Shown: positions 9,851 to 19,860 of the stretch, piece by piece
Numbering within the stretch: position 1 is the stretch's first letter
Layout: the number at the start of each line of letters is the position of its first letter
Assembly (NCBI GenBank): GCA_977020255.1
Contig: CDROCS010002105.1
Span: forward strand, 62,001 to 126,000
Reading direction: 5' to 3'
Origin: Obrimoposthia wandeli
Taxonomy: Eukaryota
Length of the DNA: 64,000 nucleotides
The notes under the pieces: model-generated
Databases searched by the model: none
What the model saw: only the letters and a program-made list of their open reading frames with translations
Told to the model about the DNA's origin: nothing
Made by a program: the position numbers and the translations under genes

Positions 9851-11083
9851 TTAATCTTCGCTAACAGAACCGATTTTGTGAATGGCTAAATCAGCGCCGT
9901 TATATTCATCTTCATCCGTTAAGCGTATGCCGACGGTTTTCTTGATGATGCCGTAAACAATGAAAGCGCCGATAACAGCAATAGCAATACCAGCCAGTGT
10001 ACCGATAACTTGGCTTGCTAAACTCACACCACCTAAACCACCGAACGCTTCACTACCAAAAATACCTGCGGCAATACCGCCCCAAGCTCCGCACACACCG
10101 TGAAGCGGCCATACACCTAATACGTCATCAAGGTGAAGACGGTTTTGAATATAAGTAAATAGCCATACGAAAAGCGCACCGGCAATCGCACCTGTTACTA
10201 AGGCGCCAATGGGGTGCATAAGATCAGAACCCGCACATACAGCAACTAGGCCCGCTAAAGGACCGTTATGAATGAAACCTGGGTCATTTTTGCCAACAAA
10301 AAGGGACGTAAGAATACCGCCAACCATGGCCATTAACGTATTCACCGCAACCAGACCACTAATACTGCCCATTGTTTGTGCCGACATAACATTAAAGCCA
10401 AACCAACCAATGGTTAAAATCCAAGCCCCTAAGGCGAGAAACGGAATATTCGAGGGGGCAAAGGCAATTAAGCGTCCGCCACGGTAACGACCATTTCGAA
10501 TACCCAGCATGGCAACGGCAACAAGGGCTATCCAACCACCGACAGCGTGAACAACGACAGATCCCGCAAAGTCATGGAACCCAAAGCCAAATGTGTCGGT
10601 TAACCAACCTTGAAAACCATAATTACCATTCCACATGATACCTTCGAAAAATGGGTAGACAAAAGCCACGATAAAGAAAGATGCAACGAGCATAGGGTAG
10701 AAACGCGCTCGTTCTGCAACACCACCGGAAATAATGGCGGGAATGGCTGCTGCGAATGTCATTAAGAAGAAAAACTTCACTAATTCGTAGCCATTAATTG
10801 CGCTTAACTGCTCTGCACTTGAGAAGAAAGTGACGTCGTATGCGACCCAGTAACCAATAAAGAAATAAGCAATCGCAGAAAATCCGAAATCAGCAATGAT
10901 TTTGACTAAAGCGTTCACTTGGTTTTTTTGTCTAACGGTGCCAACTTCAAGAAAGGCAAACCCTGCGTGCATGGCAAGTACCATGATCGCACCCAATAGA
11001 ATAAATAAAGTGTTAGAACTTTGAACCAGTGTTTCTACAGCATGACTAATATTATCCACAATCGTCACCACATCCTTGTACAT
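9851..11083 (-). CDS. amt: Ammonium transporter (Amt family), with no adjacent glnK
   Basis: About 11 TM segments, GFAFLEVG, DFAGSVVVH and WPLHG (twin His), GWFGFN. Confidence 0.93.
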   Translation of the reverse strand: MYKDVVTIVDNISHAVETLVQSSNTLFILLGAIMVLAMHAGFAFLEVGTVRQKNQVNALVKIIADFGFSAIAYFFIGYWVAYDVTFFSSAEQLSAINGYELVKFFFLMTFAAAIPAIISGGVAERARFYPMLVASFFIVAFVYPFFEGIMWNGNYGFQGWLTDTFGFGFHDFAGSVVVHAVGGWIALVAVAMLGIRNGRYRGGRLIAFAPSNIPFLALGAWILTIGWFGFNVMSAQTMGSISGLVAVNTLMAMVGGILTSLFVGKNDPGFIHNGPLAGLVAVCAGSDLMHPIGALVTGAIAGALFVWLFTYIQNRLHLDDVLGVWPLHGVCGAWGGIAAGIFGSEAFGGLGGVSLASQVIGTLAGIAIAVIGAFIVYGIIKKTVGIRLTDEDEYNGADLAIHKIGSVSED

Positions 11084-11139
11084 TAATATTGCGTTTGGGT
11101 ATTTCTATTTATATGCATTTATTATGGTAATGCCTACTA

Positions 11140-11155
11140 AGCATATTTTATGCCA
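11140..11155 (-). promoter_or_regulatory. Sigma-54 (-24/-12) promoter of amt
   Basis: Minus strand TGGCATAAAATATGCT, with GG and GC at canonical spacing, about 60 nt upstream of the start. Confidence 0.75.
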
Positions 11156-11171
11156 GCGTGAACCATAGTGG

Positions 11172-11367
11172 GGGGCCATATTGGTGCATGCAAATATTGG
11201 TAGTGGTAACTGTTTGTTTTTGAAAAGGCAGTGATTGTTTATGGCGCACGTAATTCGCGCATTAGAAATAAAGATAAGGGTGCTTTAAAATATACTGCTT
11301 AGTGTGCAACACTACTTTTAGTCCCATATTGGTGCGGTGAATAATGAATCCGCACTTATTTGGTGCG
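11172..11367. promoter_or_regulatory. NtrC-type enhancer sites upstream of the amt sigma-54 promoter
   Basis: cGCAC-ttatttg-GTGCg at 11351-11367, plus CCATATTGGTGC half-sites ending near 11336 and 11188. Confidence 0.65.
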
Positions 11368-11404
11368 TGTGCTTATATGTAATAGATAGATTCATTTTGA
11401 ATTT

Positions 11405-11445
11405 AAAAAGCCCTAGCAACGATTGAGTATTAGCGTTGCAAGGGC
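11405..11445 (-). terminator. Intrinsic terminator of the cco operon
   Basis: Stem GCCCT(T/A)GCAACG...CGTTGC(T/A)AGGGC followed by TTTTT on the minus strand. Confidence 0.7.
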
Positions 11446-11493
11446 GATTTATGGTACGTAATCTACAAATGGTACATAATCTAAAAATTGTAT

Positions 11494-13650
11494 TTAATCT
11501 ACATCGATATTCCGATCGCGTTTATCGTACATATCGGGTGTGGTGTGGAAATTACCCGCATAGCCGGCTTTTTGTAGCTTTTCTCGCACATCTTGTACGT
11601 TATTAGCTGTAATCGGTACAGTGCGATCGCCCAAGTATTGACGAATGAAAGAGATCAATTCAGACAACTGTGCATCCGTTAATATATTTTGGAAGCTGAC
11701 CATCGGCATGAAGTTTCTCTCTTCGCTGAGATAACTCGGCTCCAAACCACGAATAGTTACCGCAATAGTATTGTATGGGTCGCTGTGCATGATAATGCCG
11801 TTATTAAGCAAGGTTGGCGCAATAGGATCGCGCCCTTTACCGTCTTCGCCATGGCACACACCACAGGTCGTTTTGAAGAGTGTATACATGTCTGATTGCT
11901 TAGCTTGGTCTGTGAACCCGATTGGCTGCAACTGCTGAGTGTTAGGTGGAATGCGATTGTTGTCATCGCCGATCAGTAAATAGGTTGCCATCGCTTCTAC
12001 GTCGTCGCGGGTCATGAAACTGGTACTATTTTTAACGACGTCAGCCATGCCCCCAAATGCAGACCCTTTGTCGGAGTGGCCGGTGTGCAAAAAGTCGGTC
12101 AACGATTTAACGTCCCAACGATCTTGGTACAGCTCTTGCGATGAAATATTTGGGGCATTCCAACCATCAATCAAGTTACCTTGAAAAATTTTATCCGCTT
12201 CCAATGCTTGGGCAATATTTCGTGGGGTGTGACATTCAGAGCAGTGTCCAAGCCCCATTACTAAGTATTTACCGCGAGACCAAATGTCGGTTTCTTCTCC
12301 CGTTCCTCCTTTGGGAGCATTGCTAGTCAAATCGAGTGGGGCAGTATCCATAAAGGCGATATTCCAGCCGAGTAATCCCAAACGGATGTTTGATGGAAAT
12401 ATCATGCTGTTTTCGTCATTACGGCGTGGCACTGCAGTAATGGATTGTAGGTAATCCCACATCGCTAGCACATCATCTTCAGTGACGTATTGGTATGAGG
12501 TATAAGGCATTGCTGGATACAAGTAACCGTGCTTGCCTTTTCCGTCATACAGGGCGGCTTTGAAATCCTCATAGTTGTAATCCCCGATGCCTTCTGTGAC
12601 ATGCGGGGTAATGTTTGTAGAATATACGGTACCAAAAGGTGTTAAGAACGGCAGTCCGCCAGCAAACGGTTCACCCCCTTCAGCACTATGACAGGCAACG
12701 CAGTCACCCGCATAAGCGAGGTATTCCCCTTTCTTGATTGTATCTTCAGGGATGGCTGCGATCTTGGCATTGTGAGCAATACGTTGCTCAGTAATATAGG
12801 CACCTAACGCCAAAATTTCGTTATTGCTGAGTTGCCCTTCAAACGCAGGCATTACGTTATTTAAACCGTTATTAATTGTGTGCTGAATTTCTTCAATACT
12901 GCCACCGTGTACCCAGACGCTATCAGATAAGTTAGGTGCGCCAATCACTTGGTTTCCTTTTGCATCGGCACCATGACAAGCGACACAATTTTTCAAGAAC
13001 GCGGTTTTACCCAGATTGATTTTCACCGATGGCGCATTGAGCGGGCGTTGTTGCAACGATGCGAGATAGTAAGATATATTTTGAATGTCTTCTTTCGGTA
13101 AAATAGCTTTCCAACCCGCCATCGCACCATTTCTGCCTTGCTTAATTGAATGTAAAATTGCCTCGTCAGTACCACCATATAACCAGACATCATCTACTAC
13201 GTTAGGAAAATGCTTCTGACCTTGCCCATTCGCACGGTGACACGCGGCACAATGGGTTTGAAACAGTGCTTTACCTGATGCGGCAATGGCAGGCTCTGCC
13301 GCAAGTACGGTTAATGTTGGGGAGGTTATATTGGCAATTTGCTCATCGAGAGACGCACTGTGTTCTCGTGGGGTGTCATCACTTTGTTGCCAGCCGAGTA
13401 GCCCTTGCCAATTCCCTAACCCTGGATACAAGATTAAAAAGAGGATAGAGCAAGAAAAAGCAACAAAGTACGCAATGAACATAATGCGCGGTGGTGGGCC
13501 GTCATTTTCATCAATATTATCGAAAGAGTCGACCGTTTTATTCTCATCGGCAAGATGGTTAGTTTTCCAGTACTTAACCACGACCAATATCATAAATACT
13601 AAGAAAATAATGGTAAGGGTTATTACCCATATATTCCAAAATCCAGTCAT
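11494..13650 (-). CDS. ccoP: cbb3-type oxidase subunit III (CcoP) fused to a triheme cytochrome c (gluconate/aldehyde dehydrogenase cytochrome type); 5 CXXCH
   Basis: CcoP N-terminus (FWNIWVITLT...FDNIDENDGPPP...LYPGLGNWQGLLGW) with CAACH and CVACH. This continues in one ORF into KGEYLAYAGDCVACH...TPFGTVYSTNITP...CSECHTPR...CGVCH. Confidence 0.9.
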   Translation of the reverse strand: MTGFWNIWVITLTIIFLVFMILVVVKYWKTNHLADENKTVDSFDNIDENDGPPPRIMFIAYFVAFSCSILFLILYPGLGNWQGLLGWQQSDDTPREHSASLDEQIANITSPTLTVLAAEPAIAASGKALFQTHCAACHRANGQGQKHFPNVVDDVWLYGGTDEAILHSIKQGRNGAMAGWKAILPKEDIQNISYYLASLQQRPLNAPSVKINLGKTAFLKNCVACHGADAKGNQVIGAPNLSDSVWVHGGSIEEIQHTINNGLNNVMPAFEGQLSNNEILALGAYITEQRIAHNAKIAAIPEDTIKKGEYLAYAGDCVACHSAEGGEPFAGGLPFLTPFGTVYSTNITPHVTEGIGDYNYEDFKAALYDGKGKHGYLYPAMPYTSYQYVTEDDVLAMWDYLQSITAVPRRNDENSMIFPSNIRLGLLGWNIAFMDTAPLDLTSNAPKGGTGEETDIWSRGKYLVMGLGHCSECHTPRNIAQALEADKIFQGNLIDGWNAPNISSQELYQDRWDVKSLTDFLHTGHSDKGSAFGGMADVVKNSTSFMTRDDVEAMATYLLIGDDNNRIPPNTQQLQPIGFTDQAKQSDMYTLFKTTCGVCHGEDGKGRDPIAPTLLNNGIIMHSDPYNTIAVTIRGLEPSYLSEERNFMPMVSFQNILTDAQLSELISFIRQYLGDRTVPITANNVQDVREKLQKAGYAGNFHTTPDMYDKRDRNIDVD

Positions 13651-13652
13651 GA

Positions 13653-14270
13653 TTATTGCTCCTGATCGTGCATGGTATCGAGACCCAAGCTTTGTAGGTA
13701 ACGAATCAATGCTTCACCTTGGGTTTTGCCTACGACCTGAAGGCGTGCACCGTCAATATCATTATCGGAATAAGGTACACCTAGTGTTCTAAGTGTCTGC
13801 ATTTTATCGGTGATATCATCGCTATCTAGCACTTGTTCAAACAGCCAAGGGTAGGAGGGCATGAGTGATGTTGGTATAACATTGCGTGGGTTGATCAGGT
13901 GAATTTGGTGCCATTGATCTGAATATTTCCGTCCAATATTAGTCAGATCTGGCCCTGTGCGTTTTGAACCCCAGAGGTTTGGAAATTCGTAGATGTCATC
14001 AGCTTCTTTGTTGGCGCGACCGTTACGTAAAATTTCAGCTTCTAATGGTCTCACCATTTGGGTATGGCACACATGACAGCCTTCACTGATGTAGATATCA
14101 CGCCCTGCCAATTCTATGGCTGTTAATGGTTTAGCCAGAGACGTTTTTGCCAATTCGGCCGCCAAGAAAAGATTGGGTACGACCCACACCAACACCGAAA
14201 ACGCTGCTACGACGGTGGTTGATACAATTAGGATGAAAACGGATTGAGTAAAATCTTTACTGAACACCAT
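13653..14270 (-). CDS. ccoO: cbb3-type cytochrome c oxidase subunit II
   Basis: GRDIYISEGCHVCHTQMVRP, WGSKRTGPDL, SLMPSYPWL. Confidence 0.95.
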   Translation of the reverse strand: MVFSKDFTQSVFILIVSTTVVAAFSVLVWVVPNLFLAAELAKTSLAKPLTAIELAGRDIYISEGCHVCHTQMVRPLEAEILRNGRANKEADDIYEFPNLWGSKRTGPDLTNIGRKYSDQWHQIHLINPRNVIPTSLMPSYPWLFEQVLDSDDITDKMQTLRTLGVPYSDNDIDGARLQVVGKTQGEALIRYLQSLGLDTMHDQEQ

Positions 14271-15682
14271 TATTTACCCTCCATGGCCACTGTAGATGTC
14301 GCCTTGGATGACACGGTTTTATAGAGATTGAATACCATCATCAATAAGCCCACAACAAAGAATACGCCGCCTAAGAAGCGAACGAACAACCATGGTGCTT
14401 TGAAATCCATGGCTTCGACAAAGCTGTAAGCCAACGATCCGTTATCCAATTGGGTAAGCCACATATAGCCTTCGCCAATACCAGCAACCCATAGAGCAAT
14501 GGCATAGAGTGCGACGCCGATATGAGCAAACCAGAAGTGCCACTTCAACAAGCGATTCGACCAGAGTTCTTCTTTGCCCCACAAGCGCGGAATAAAGTAA
14601 TAGAATACTGCAATGCCTGACATACCGACCCAGCCCAGTGCGGCAGAATGCACATGGCCAATAATCCACTCGGTGTTGTGCGCTACCATGTTAAACCAGC
14701 GAATGGCGAGTAATGGCCCTTCAAAGGTGGCTAAGCAGTAATACAAAATGGCAGAAAAGAAGAACAACATGATGTAATCTTTTTTCAGTTTCTCTTTGTT
14801 CGAGAGTAAGGTCATGGCGCTGTTGAAAGCGCCACCCCATGACGGAATCCACAATATCAACGACATAACGATGCCGATATTTTGTATCCAAACCGGTACG
14901 GAAGAATAAATAAGATGGTGTGTGCCAGCCCAAGTATAGAAGCCGACTAAACCCCAAAAGTGGATTACTGATAAACGATAAGAATAAATAGGGCGTTCAG
15001 ATATTTTGGGAATGAAATAGTAATTCATCCCGATCACACCAGCTGTTAGTAAAAATCCGACAGCATTATGGCCCCACCACCACTGCACGATAGCGTCTTG
15101 TGCGCCGGCATAGATGGAATAGGATTTCCACATCGATACAGGAAGAGCCAAATTGTTGATGATAAAGATCATCGCGATCACGATGATAAATGCCCCGAAA
15201 AACCAATTAGCGACAAATATATGACTAACTTTTCTTATGGCAATGGTGCCAAAAAATAATATGGCGTACAGTACCCAAACAAGCACAATTAAAATATCGA
15301 TTGGCCATTCGAGTTCTGCGTATTCTTTGCTGGTGGTATAACCTAACGGCAAGGTAATTAACGCCAGTACTAATATAAGTTGCCAGCCCCAGAATACCAT
15401 CCAAGAGAGGCTTTTATTAAATAGAGGAACTTGGCTGGTACGTTGGACGATATAGATCGAGGTACCCATTAATATATTAACGACAAAGCCAAATATCACG
15501 CCGGAAGTATGAAGAGGGCGTAAGCGTCCAAATTGAAAATACTGTGAGTCAAAATTAAGTTGAGGCCAATAGAGCTGTGCCGCCAAAATAACACCGATTG
15601 TCATGCCTGCTACAGCCCAGATAACGGCAGCAACGACAAAATAGCGAACGACTTTAATATCGTAATCCCTAGCGATATCCAT
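14270..15682 (-). CDS. ccoN: cbb3-type cytochrome c oxidase subunit I
   Basis: FGRLRPLHT, EYAELEWPID, WWWGHNAVGF, WAGTHH, HNTEWIIGHVH heme-copper ligands. Start is the ATG at 15682 or the TTG at 15685. Confidence 0.95.
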   Translation of the reverse strand: MDIARDYDIKVVRYFVVAAVIWAVAGMTIGVILAAQLYWPQLNFDSQYFQFGRLRPLHTSGVIFGFVVNILMGTSIYIVQRTSQVPLFNKSLSWMVFWGWQLILVLALITLPLGYTTSKEYAELEWPIDILIVLVWVLYAILFFGTIAIRKVSHIFVANWFFGAFIIVIAMIFIINNLALPVSMWKSYSIYAGAQDAIVQWWWGHNAVGFLLTAGVIGMNYYFIPKISERPIYSYRLSVIHFWGLVGFYTWAGTHHLIYSSVPVWIQNIGIVMSLILWIPSWGGAFNSAMTLLSNKEKLKKDYIMLFFFSAILYYCLATFEGPLLAIRWFNMVAHNTEWIIGHVHSAALGWVGMSGIAVFYYFIPRLWGKEELWSNRLLKWHFWFAHIGVALYAIALWVAGIGEGYMWLTQLDNGSLAYSFVEAMDFKAPWLFVRFLGGVFFVVGLLMMVFNLYKTVSSKATSTVAMEGK

Positions 15683-15687
15683 CAAAC

Positions 15688-16026
15688 TTACTCCGTTTTA
15701 CTGTGCGATTCTGACCCAAGCGTTGAGTAATAGTGGGCAATGTCTTTCATGTCTTGATCTGTGAGTACATCGGCTTGCTGTTGCATTAAAATTGCTAGCC
15801 CGCTGGTACGTTCACGAGATTTGTAATCTTTAAGCGCAGACACAAGATAAGACGCACGTTGCCCGCGTAAATTTGGATAGGGATCGATCGTGGCAATGCC
15901 ATCGACACCATGGCACGTCATGCACACTTTTGCCTTTTGTTTCCCTACTTCAAATTGGTCTGATTCTTCAGCAAAGAGAGCATTGCTAAATAAGAGAATG
16001 CAGCTGGAGATTAACCATTTATTCAT
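15688..16026 (-). CDS. Periplasmic monoheme class I cytochrome c (c553/c554-like), first gene of the cco operon
   Basis: Signal peptide, CMTCH, YPNLRGQ, distal Met (LMQQQA). Confidence 0.88.
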   Translation of the reverse strand: MNKWLISSCILLFSNALFAEESDQFEVGKQKAKVCMTCHGVDGIATIDPYPNLRGQRASYLVSALKDYKSRERTSGLAILMQQQADVLTDQDMKDIAHYYSTLGSESHSKTE

Positions 16027-16428
16027 CGTTACAACCTAAATAGAATTACTTTAATAAAATTAGCCTATAAATGTTTTTTTGATAGTGAAAATAGGCAGAA
16101 TAATTAATCGATATTTTTTTGTTCTTGTCAGGGAGGTAAATAAAAGAAGGGTAATGTGTCTATATCTTTGGTTATTAATACGCAATTAAAGTGTGGGTAT
16201 TGGGTGTTTGTTAAATAAGCAAGATCTGCCTTTGTCAGGATTATTTAATTATAAACAATTACTTGTTGGGTTTTGTTTTTCTGGTTGTTATGAAAATAAC
16301 GTATTTATTTTCTGTTACGCTCAGTGCTATTTAATTGTTGATTATGAAAATAAAAATAATCACTTAACCAAAAGTGAAAATATTGAAAACTGTTATATGC
16401 TTTAACTTAAATCAACCCCCTTCCATTT

Positions 16429-16447
16429 GATAATGGTTCTCATTAAT
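16429..16447. promoter_or_regulatory. Fur box upstream of the Mo-hydroxylase operon
   Basis: GATAATGGTTCTCATTAAT matches 14/19 of GATAATGATAATCATTATC and ends 30 nt before the ATG. Confidence 0.55.
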
Positions 16448-16477
16448 TGGCCTTTCTTTAATTGTTAAGGAAGAAAT

Positions 16478-19330
16478 ATGACAGGGTCTACACTTTCTCG
16501 CCGATCTTTCATTAAGCAGTGTGTTATCGGAGGTGTCGCTGTTTACAGCGCACCGTTATTGATGAATATGAATAACGCACAAGCTGCAGCGATCTCTCCT
16601 GAATTGCTAGAACAATGGAAAGGGAAAAATAAGCCGAATTTTCGTTTAGATGGGATCGCGAAAGTAACGGGAGAGAAAATTTACGGACGAGATTACCGTG
16701 CCATTGATATCCCTGATTGGCCAGATGCACAAACACACGCGTATGTGTTGCGCGTAAATAAAGCGGATCGTGTATTCACGGGGATTGATTTAACTTGGCT
16801 GCCAGAAAATATGCAGCCGAATAAAGTAATTACAGCCAGTATGCTAGCGGCAGATAACGTCGAATTACCTGCATTTTATGGCGATAAGATGTTGTTAGCA
16901 GAAGGAGACACACCAGATTACCTTGGTCATCCTGTTGCACTTTTGTTATTTGATGATTTCACATCATTCAAACGGGCTAAAGTTCGATTACAGTTCAGTG
17001 AAAAAGCAATAAAATACGGTGCGATAGTACCTCTTACATCACTCAGCAAAGATCCTTACTCGGCATGGCGTATTATTCGTACCGAAGGTGAAGATGGTGC
17101 GGCGGGAAAAGACAAATACAGTACGTTGCAAGATGGCTTGTTCTTTGCGAATTATGAAAACCATAAACCAGTTTGGCCGACTCACTCTGATGAAATTGGT
17201 GATGCTGGGGCACGTGGTATGTTTTATGCTCAGCAGATGTCGAGGCTATTGGATAAGCAACAAGAAGACAAAACCTGGTTTATTCTGGATAAAACCTATC
17301 AAACTCAGTCTGTTGAACCAATGATGATGGAACCAGAATGCTTTAATGGTTGGTTTGATGGCACGAACAATACACTGCATGTTGTAATTACATGTCAATC
17401 GCCACAAGATTTTTATGCTCAAGCAGGTGAAATGTTAGCGCATAGCCCGTTAGCAGGCAAAATAGAAAAGCTGGTTGTACATTCCCCTTTCATTGGTGGT
17501 GGTTTCGGTGCGAAAGATCACTCAGCCTTCCCGTATTACGGTTTGCTCGCAGCGATGTATTCAGACAAGCCTGTTCGGTTAGCAAATGATCGGTTTGAGC
17601 AATTCCAAGCAGGATTGAAGCGGCATCCTTTTACTATGCATAACCGTTTAGCTATCGATAAAGAAACCCTCAAATTCAAGGCTGTCTTATCTGATATGAC
17701 GTTAGATGGTGGTGGCCGTAAAAACTTCACAGATTCTGTCACTATGGTCGGTGCCAGTGCGCTGCAAAGTATTTATTATTTTCCTCAAAATGATATTACC
17801 GCTGTTGCTTACCCTTCACAGACTCCTGATTGTGGCTCGATGCGTGGGTACGGTACTTTGCAGTCGATGGCTGCAATGGAAATGATGGTGAATGAATCGG
17901 CTGAATTGCTAGACGTTGATCCATTTCAGCTGCGGCTCTCCAATTTAATGGAACCTGGTTATCGCAACACTCAAGGCGCGATTCCAAATGGTACCGCGCG
18001 TTATCGTGAAATGTTAGAACTTGCTCAACAGCATGATATTTGGGTGAATCGTGCTACCAATAAAGCTACATTTGAAGCTGAAAACCCAGGCCGTCGATAT
18101 GGGGTTGGGTATGGCATTGCGACCAAAGATTATGGCAACGGTGCGCAAGCGCCTTCAGCGTATGTATCGGTGGCGAGTGATGGCAGTATTGTTGTACGTG
18201 TTTCCTCAATGGAGATGGGAACAGGCACTCAAACGGCACAAGGCATGCTGATAAGTCGATATCTCGGCAATATGGCCGATGATGTGTCGTTAGCAGAAAT
18301 TCAGTTGTGGGATGCAATGCAATTGAAAGAAACAGATTCACCGTACTTGATCTCGCAAGAGCGGCAAAATGCGATGGCGAAAAATCCGCGTTGGACGCCT
18401 GTAGCAGGCATGGCATCTTCAGCGTCGCAATCGGCGTATTACCAAAGTCATGCAACAGAAAATGCAGCGCGACTAATATTTGAACATGGCTTATGGCCTG
18501 CCGCGGTTGCGATCTGGAAAAAACATTATTTCAATGGTGAGTATGCCGTGGCTGATTTTGGTGATATCGGCAATGCTCGTTGGGTTGACGGTAAATTGAC
18601 TGCCAGTGGTTACCCCCCGTTACCGCTAGAAATCGTGGCGAAGCAAGCGCACATGATGGGTTTGGTGACGGGCGTAATGGTGCATGGCTTTAATCGGTGG
18701 GCATGGACAGAAGCAGAATTTGATGTAGAAGGGCAGCGTCAAAAACTTGCAGTAGATGCTATGGCTTTGCAATACGGAGAAGGGGCGTCGTTAGAGAAGC
18801 AAGCTTTAATGGCTGGTGATGGGTTTCATTTGTTAGATCGGGTGTCTGTAAATTACCCACTCACATCGCTCAATAACGCGATGGTGACCTATTATGCCCC
18901 CTGTGGCACCTTGGCTGAAATTGCCATTCATGAAGGCAGTGGTGAAGTGGAAGTATTGCGTACGCACACATGGTTAGAGTGTGGACGAGTGCTCGTCGAA
19001 AAGTTGGTGGAAGGACAAATTGAAGGTGGCTTGGTGATGGGGCTTGGTCATGCATTGCATGAATATTTACCGTCTGATGCTGAAGGGGCGGGTAACGGTA
19101 CGTGGAACCTCAACCGCTACCAAGTACCTTTAGCTAAACATGTTGGTGTGTGGAATCTCACTCATACAACCCTCCCTCCATTATCAGATACCGACCCCAG
19201 TAAAGGCATTGCTGAAGTAGTGATGATTCCTATTGTTCCTGCGTTAGTTGAAGCGATATATCAAGCTTCAGGTGCTCGTTTCTACCATCTTCCAATTACC
19301 GCAAAAGAGATTAAGAAGGCATTAGTATGA
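16478..19330 (+). CDS. Tat-exported xanthine-oxidase-family molybdopterin-binding subunit (IorB/AldH-like); substrate unknown
   Basis: Twin-arginine SRRSFIK with an AQA cleavage site. Moco motifs GGGFGAK, MRGYG, MEMGTG, GQIEGG, SKGIAE (catalytic Glu). Confidence 0.9.
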   Translation: MTGSTLSRRSFIKQCVIGGVAVYSAPLLMNMNNAQAAAISPELLEQWKGKNKPNFRLDGIAKVTGEKIYGRDYRAIDIPDWPDAQTHAYVLRVNKADRVFTGIDLTWLPENMQPNKVITASMLAADNVELPAFYGDKMLLAEGDTPDYLGHPVALLLFDDFTSFKRAKVRLQFSEKAIKYGAIVPLTSLSKDPYSAWRIIRTEGEDGAAGKDKYSTLQDGLFFANYENHKPVWPTHSDEIGDAGARGMFYAQQMSRLLDKQQEDKTWFILDKTYQTQSVEPMMMEPECFNGWFDGTNNTLHVVITCQSPQDFYAQAGEMLAHSPLAGKIEKLVVHSPFIGGGFGAKDHSAFPYYGLLAAMYSDKPVRLANDRFEQFQAGLKRHPFTMHNRLAIDKETLKFKAVLSDMTLDGGGRKNFTDSVTMVGASALQSIYYFPQNDITAVAYPSQTPDCGSMRGYGTLQSMAAMEMMVNESAELLDVDPFQLRLSNLMEPGYRNTQGAIPNGTARYREMLELAQQHDIWVNRATNKATFEAENPGRRYGVGYGIATKDYGNGAQAPSAYVSVASDGSIVVRVSSMEMGTGTQTAQGMLISRYLGNMADDVSLAEIQLWDAMQLKETDSPYLISQERQNAMAKNPRWTPVAGMASSASQSAYYQSHATENAARLIFEHGLWPAAVAIWKKHYFNGEYAVADFGDIGNARWVDGKLTASGYPPLPLEIVAKQAHMMGLVTGVMVHGFNRWAWTEAEFDVEGQRQKLAVDAMALQYGEGASLEKQALMAGDGFHLLDRVSVNYPLTSLNNAMVTYYAPCGTLAEIAIHEGSGEVEVLRTHTWLECGRVLVEKLVEGQIEGGLVMGLGHALHEYLPSDAEGAGNGTWNLNRYQVPLAKHVGVWNLTHTTLPPLSDTDPSKGIAEVVMIPIVPALVEAIYQASGARFYHLPITAKEIKKALV

Positions 19331-19860
19331 CGACGATTAAAATGACGGTAAACAATCAGTCAGTCGGTCCGATTGATGTCTCGCCCGAGCTAATGATGAT
19401 TGAATTTCTTCATGAGCATCTGAATCTAACAGGAACGAAATTTGGCTGTGGTGCAGGCGTGTGCCATGCGTGCACAGTGATTGTGGATAAAGAGGATGGT
19501 ACCAGTGAAGTTGTGAGAAGTTGCATTAATGGTGTTGAGCGTTTCAATGGAAAAACGATTCGTACTGTTGAAGGGCACGCTACTAAGAATGAACAAGGAC
19601 AAATTGAAGCACTCAGTAATGTGCAAGAAGCCTTTATTGAACATTTTTCATTTCAATGTGGTTGGTGCACGCCGGGCTTTGTAAATGAAACGACTGTTTT
19701 GTTAGAAAAGCTAAAAAAGCAGCCAGTTGCGGTGGGTGAAGTGGATAACGTAATAGCGAAGGCTTTGGGCGATCATATCTGTCGTTGTACTGGTTATGTA
19801 AAGTATTACCAAGCAGTTAAAGATCTTATTCTGACCACAGAAGGATTGACCTTATCATGA
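19327..19860 (+). CDS. 2x[2Fe-2S] small subunit of the Mo-hydroxylase
   Basis: GTKFGCGAGVCHACTV, QCGWCTPG, CRCTGY. Overlaps the upstream stop codon and has no signal peptide of its own. Confidence 0.93.
   Translation: MTTIKMTVNNQSVGPIDVSPELMMIEFLHEHLNLTGTKFGCGAGVCHACTVIVDKEDGTSEVVRSCINGVERFNGKTIRTVEGHATKNEQGQIEALSNVQEAFIEHFSFQCGWCTPGFVNETTVLLEKLKKQPVAVGEVDNVIAKALGDHICRCTGYVKYYQAVKDLILTTEGLTLS

Noticed and set aside
13286-13792. 168-aa plus-strand ORF
   Set aside because: Antisense shadow across ccoP/ccoO with no motif or RBS support.
16402-16415. FNR-like TTAAC-N4-ATCAA in the divergent spacer
   Set aside because: Only one good half-site in very AT-rich DNA; too weak to call.
16478-19330. 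Calling the Mo enzyme xanthine dehydrogenase (xdhB)
   Set aside because: The Tat signal, cytochrome partner and lack of an FAD subunit do not fit canonical XdhAB.
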